Of a stretch of DNA of 64,000 bases, positions 61,042-64,000 are shown piece after piece. Positions within the stretch are counted from its first letter, which is position 1, and every line of letters starts with the position of its first letter. The DNA comes from Longimicrobiales bacterium (GTDB lineage: Bacteria > Gemmatimonadota > Gemmatimonadetes > Longimicrobiales > RSA9), in contig DASUSS010000152.1 of NCBI GenBank assembly GCA_036374995.1, positions 1,123-65,122 of the forward strand, written 5' to 3'. The notes beneath the pieces are model-generated. The model was not told where the DNA came from and ran no database searches. It saw only the letters and a program-made list of their open reading frames with translations. The translations under genes and the position numbers were made by a program.

Positions 61042-61353
61042 TTACTGCTCTTTCGCTACGATGCGCTGGAGGCCGGAGAGCCGGCGCGCGAGCTCATCGC
61101 GGCGCAGTCGGTTGAGTGTCCAGAGGCCGTCCTTGCGGCGCTCTATGACGCAGGCTGCCTCGAGCACGGAGAGGTGGTGCGAGACCAGCGATGGCGACAG
61201 TCCGAGCGCGCCGCCGATCGCGCCGCACGACAACTCGCCCGACGTGGCGAGCAGCTCCACGATCCGGTACCGGTTCACATCCGACAGCGCCGCCAGCACG
61301 CGCACCACGTCCTGCGTGTCCCGCGTGTCCTGCGTCTGTACCCGAGCTTCCAC
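61042..61353 (-). CDS. ArsR/SmtB-family transcriptional regulator
   Basis: LSDVNRYRIVELL...LSPSLVSHHLSVL winged-HTH pattern. Confidence 0.8.
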   Translation of the reverse strand: MEARVQTQDTRDTQDVVRVLAALSDVNRYRIVELLATSGELSCGAIGGALGLSPSLVSHHLSVLEAACVIERRKDGLWTLNRLRRDELARRLSGLQRIVAKEQ

Positions 61354-61412
61354 AGAGCCTCCAGACTTCCCGATTGGGGCGGATCATACCCGCACCCGCG
61401 GTCCGGGGTCCG

Positions 61413-61814
61413 TCAGGAAGCGGGCACCTCGCCCACGAACAGGGAGCACGCGTCGGCGACATCACCGCCCGCGAGCAGCTCGAAGCGATAGCGGCCGGGC
61501 TTCGGGAATACCACCTTCTCGAGCGGCATGATCAATCGTGTCTGCGCCGGCGCACGGTCGGATCCGCGCGGGTCCACACGCGTGTGACCCTGAATCGTCA
61601 GGAGCTTCCGCCCGCTCGCGTCGATCATGTCGGCACGGAGCGGCAGCTCGCCGCTGTCGTCCGGTCCCCACTCCACGATGAACACGACCATCATACGGTC
61701 CTGCATTGCGGGGAAACCGGGGGCCGTGAGCTCATTGAACAGCCCGATGAGGTCCACCCGGCCATCGGGCCGCTCCCGTGCGTCCTCGCACAGCGCTGCC
61801 AGTCTGAGAATCAT
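61413..61814 (-). CDS. Hypothetical protein (predicted beta-rich)
   Basis: 133-aa ORF with coding-like composition. No motif recognised. Confidence 0.5.
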   Translation of the reverse strand: MILRLAALCEDARERPDGRVDLIGLFNELTAPGFPAMQDRMMVVFIVEWGPDDSGELPLRADMIDASGRKLLTIQGHTRVDPRGSDRAPAQTRLIMPLEKVVFPKPGRYRFELLAGGDVADACSLFVGEVPAS

Positions 61815-61848
61815 GAGGCGGGCAAGATGCCGGAGGCGAGTCGGCCTG

Positions 61849-62766
61849 TCAAACGCCGGCGCGGAAGTCGGGCAGGAGGTATCGGCGGCGACCGGAGAAG
61901 ATGCGGCGCAGTGCCGCGCTCACCCGCTCCTCGAACTCGCGGGTCACCCCGCCGCCCGCGTACGCCGGCAGTTCCACGACGTCATCGGCGGTGAAGCCGT
62001 CGGCGATCACCTCGTTCATGTCATCCTCGACACGCAGGAACCCGATCGGGACGAGGCGTGCTCCGCGCTCGTCGGGGGTAGGCACCACGATGTAGCGCAC
62101 GCGCGCGGCGTCCGCGTCCACGATCAGGTCTTTCACTTCCAGCCGCGCGCCATCGCCGGTCAGCACCAGCGGCCAGCCGCGGATGTCGTGCTCTCCCGAC
62201 GCCACCTTCCACCCCGGCAGGTACGACAGCCGGTGCAGCGGCTCCGTGTCGTCGCGGCGCGAACCGTCGGAGACGACCGGGTGGTCGCCCACGTAGATGC
62301 CGCTGTGGTCGTACGAAGGATGCGCGTAGTAGCGCTCGCCATGGAACGTGCGGCCGTACGCCTCCAGCAGCGCACGCTCGAACGGATCATCGATGTGCGA
62401 CACGTCCGCCGGGAACGGCGGAACCTGCTCCAGCTGCTCGAGCAGCGCGGCGCGCAGGCGGATGCACGGCTCGTCGCCCTCCTCGCGCACGCGCGCGTGC
62501 CCGATCGGAACGAGCACGTGCCGATCCAGCGTGTCCAGCGCGAGATCGACGTACCGCAGCAATCCCGTCTCCGCCTCCGCAAGCGCGCCGTACACCGACC
62601 CGGCCGGGATCCCGCTGGCGTCCTCCACCCGGATGCCGCGCAGGTCCGGAACCGGACGCAGCATCGTATCGTCGGCCGTCGCCGCTTCCTGTCGAAGCGT
62701 CGCGATCTCACGCGCGGACGCCTCGCCCGCCGCATCGCTTTCCTGCTGGATTCTCGAATCACGCAT
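61849..62766 (-). CDS. PRC-barrel domain protein (two PRC-like modules)
   Basis: Two G..V.D..G..iG.V..l..d......yv.v segments (RGIRVEDASGIPAGSVYG...RYVDL; IRGWPLV...VKDLIVDADAARVRYIVV). Start at 62766. Confidence 0.6.
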   Translation of the reverse strand: MRDSRIQQESDAAGEASAREIATLRQEAATADDTMLRPVPDLRGIRVEDASGIPAGSVYGALAEAETGLLRYVDLALDTLDRHVLVPIGHARVREEGDEPCIRLRAALLEQLEQVPPFPADVSHIDDPFERALLEAYGRTFHGERYYAHPSYDHSGIYVGDHPVVSDGSRRDDTEPLHRLSYLPGWKVASGEHDIRGWPLVLTGDGARLEVKDLIVDADAARVRYIVVPTPDERGARLVPIGFLRVEDDMNEVIADGFTADDVVELPAYAGGGVTREFEERVSAALRRIFSGRRRYLLPDFRAGV

Positions 62767-62890
62767 GGCGCCCTGCGGCTGCAATGCCCGTTCCTTGACA
62801 CTCCGTCGCGACGGCATCCAGTATGCCCGCCAGCACGACCCGGTCGCGCCCGAGTGCACCGCAGTCCCCGATGAACGAGCCTGCGCACCC

Positions 62891-63355
62891 ATGCGATATA
62901 GAAAAGACAAGTCCGCAGGCGTCATCGTCTTTCATCGGAGTGACACCGGCTGTCGTTTCCTGCTCCTCCTCTCGCGCCTCACGAAACGACCGCTCTGGGA
63001 GTTCCCCAAGGGCGGCGTCGACCCGGGCGAGACCCTGGAGCAGGCGGCACTGCGCGAGCTGCGCGAGGAGACCGGACTCGATGCCGCCAGCATTCGCATC
63101 ATCGACTCGTTCGAGCATCGCGAGGAGTATCGCTTCACGTCCGGGAAGGGAGAGGGCCGCACGCTCGTCCGCAAGGAAGTCACCTATTTCCTCGCCGAGT
63201 CGCTCAGCACCGATGTCATTCTGTCCGCTCATGAGGCGAGCCAGTTCGCATGGCTGCCTCTCCAGGACGCCATCCGCAAACTGAAATACAAGGCGCGCCG
63301 CGAGATGCTCCGCGACGCCGCGCGCGCCGCCGGCTGCGCCCCGCCCGAGGACTGA
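62891..63355 (+). CDS. NUDIX hydrolase
   Basis: Nudix box EFPKGGVDPGETLEQAALRELREETG. Confidence 0.75.
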   Translation: MRYRKDKSAGVIVFHRSDTGCRFLLLLSRLTKRPLWEFPKGGVDPGETLEQAALRELREETGLDAASIRIIDSFEHREEYRFTSGKGEGRTLVRKEVTYFLAESLSTDVILSAHEASQFAWLPLQDAIRKLKYKARREMLRDAARAAGCAPPED

Positions 63356-63362
63356 GCGCCGT

Positions 63363-63908
63363 TCAGCGCTCGGTCACCAGCCGCCTCAGCCGATTCTCCA
63401 GCAGCCCTTCCGGCAGCGACAGCGCCTGGCCGAGCACCTCGTGCTCGTCCGCACCCCGGAACGACTGCACGGCATCCAGCCACAGACGCCCCGTCGGCGC
63501 GACGAACACCAGGCGCCCGTAGAATACCCCCGTATTGCCCCAGCACTGGAGCATGACGCGCCATGCGGCACCATCGACGTGGAGCGAGCGTACGTCAAGT
63601 GTTTGCGTCGCGCGCGGCAGCGACGATACCGCCGGTCGCGGTACGATCGACGGACTGATCGGCCGCACGCGCGCAATGCCATCCCAGCCACAGCCGAGAC
63701 ACCAGCGTTTCTCGAGGCGCGTGCGGCGACGCACAGCGGACAGGATCCGGAGCGGACGGGAGACGATGCGAATCGTGTCGGAGTCGCAATGGGGACAGCG
63801 CCGTCCGAGAGGCAGCGCGCGATAGCTGACGACCGCGCTCAGCGCGACCGGCAGCACGAAGACCAGAAGTAGATACGACCCAATGAGAACGACCACGCGA
63901 ATACTCAT
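63363..63908 (-). CDS. Hypothetical membrane protein with CxxC...CxxC zinc-ribbon
   Basis: N-terminal TM followed by CPHC...CLGC. Start uncertain (63908 or 63995). Confidence 0.45.
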   Translation of the reverse strand: MSIRVVVLIGSYLLLVFVLPVALSAVVSYRALPLGRRCPHCDSDTIRIVSRPLRILSAVRRRTRLEKRWCLGCGWDGIARVRPISPSIVPRPAVSSLPRATQTLDVRSLHVDGAAWRVMLQCWGNTGVFYGRLVFVAPTGRLWLDAVQSFRGADEHEVLGQALSLPEGLLENRLRRLVTER

Positions 63909-64000
63909 CTCGGGGTTGCACTTACGGCGCTGGAAGGCAAGAAGCATACCCGGTGGCACCGTTCTCGCATCAGCGGTGCGCGGCCTGATTTTCATGGGGA

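Overview
GC-rich bacterial chromosomal segment (G+C judged by eye, not computed) with about 65 tightly packed protein genes on both strands and several 4-nt stop/start overlaps. Content is mostly housekeeping. It includes cell wall genes (PBP2 truncated at the 5' edge, PBP1A), a PilT ATPase preceded by a GspE/PilB-like protein that appears to lack a Walker A motif, and acyl-CoA enzymes (thiolase, 3-hydroxyacyl-CoA dehydrogenase, crotonase). Also present are ssb, recF-DUF721-gyrB, argS, rho, MqnA plus an MlaE/MlaF/MCE transporter, lysC-asd, trxB, fumC, two AI-2E transporters and two NUDIX hydrolases. Redox genes include a cytochrome c / cupredoxin pair, an HAO-family multihaem cytochrome, a ferritin-like protein and an FNR. 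I saw no rRNA, tRNA or CRISPR array. The only clear accessory DNA is a 1,744-bp element (26431..28174) starting 8 bp after the gyrB stop. It has about 47-bp terminal inverted repeats with TGT...ACA tips, a flanking 6-bp direct duplication (CCCGTG) and iterated subterminal GATAAGT sites (2 left, 4 right). It has no transposase, and its only convincing ORF is a lipoprotein gene. I read it as a non-autonomous DDE-type transposon, and it is the best lead in the window. Other points for follow-up: a translationally coupled pair of paralogous unknown proteins (51698..53090) next to an alternating CA/CG simple-repeat tract; a two-copy intergenic inverted-repeat family built on CCGCGGAGGCGCGG; the 9-haem HAO-like protein; and a cupredoxin whose axial Met position holds His. 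Many long ORFs in the track are antisense or off-frame artefacts of high G+C and were rejected. All functional calls rest on motifs read by eye and remembered family features; no database search was run.
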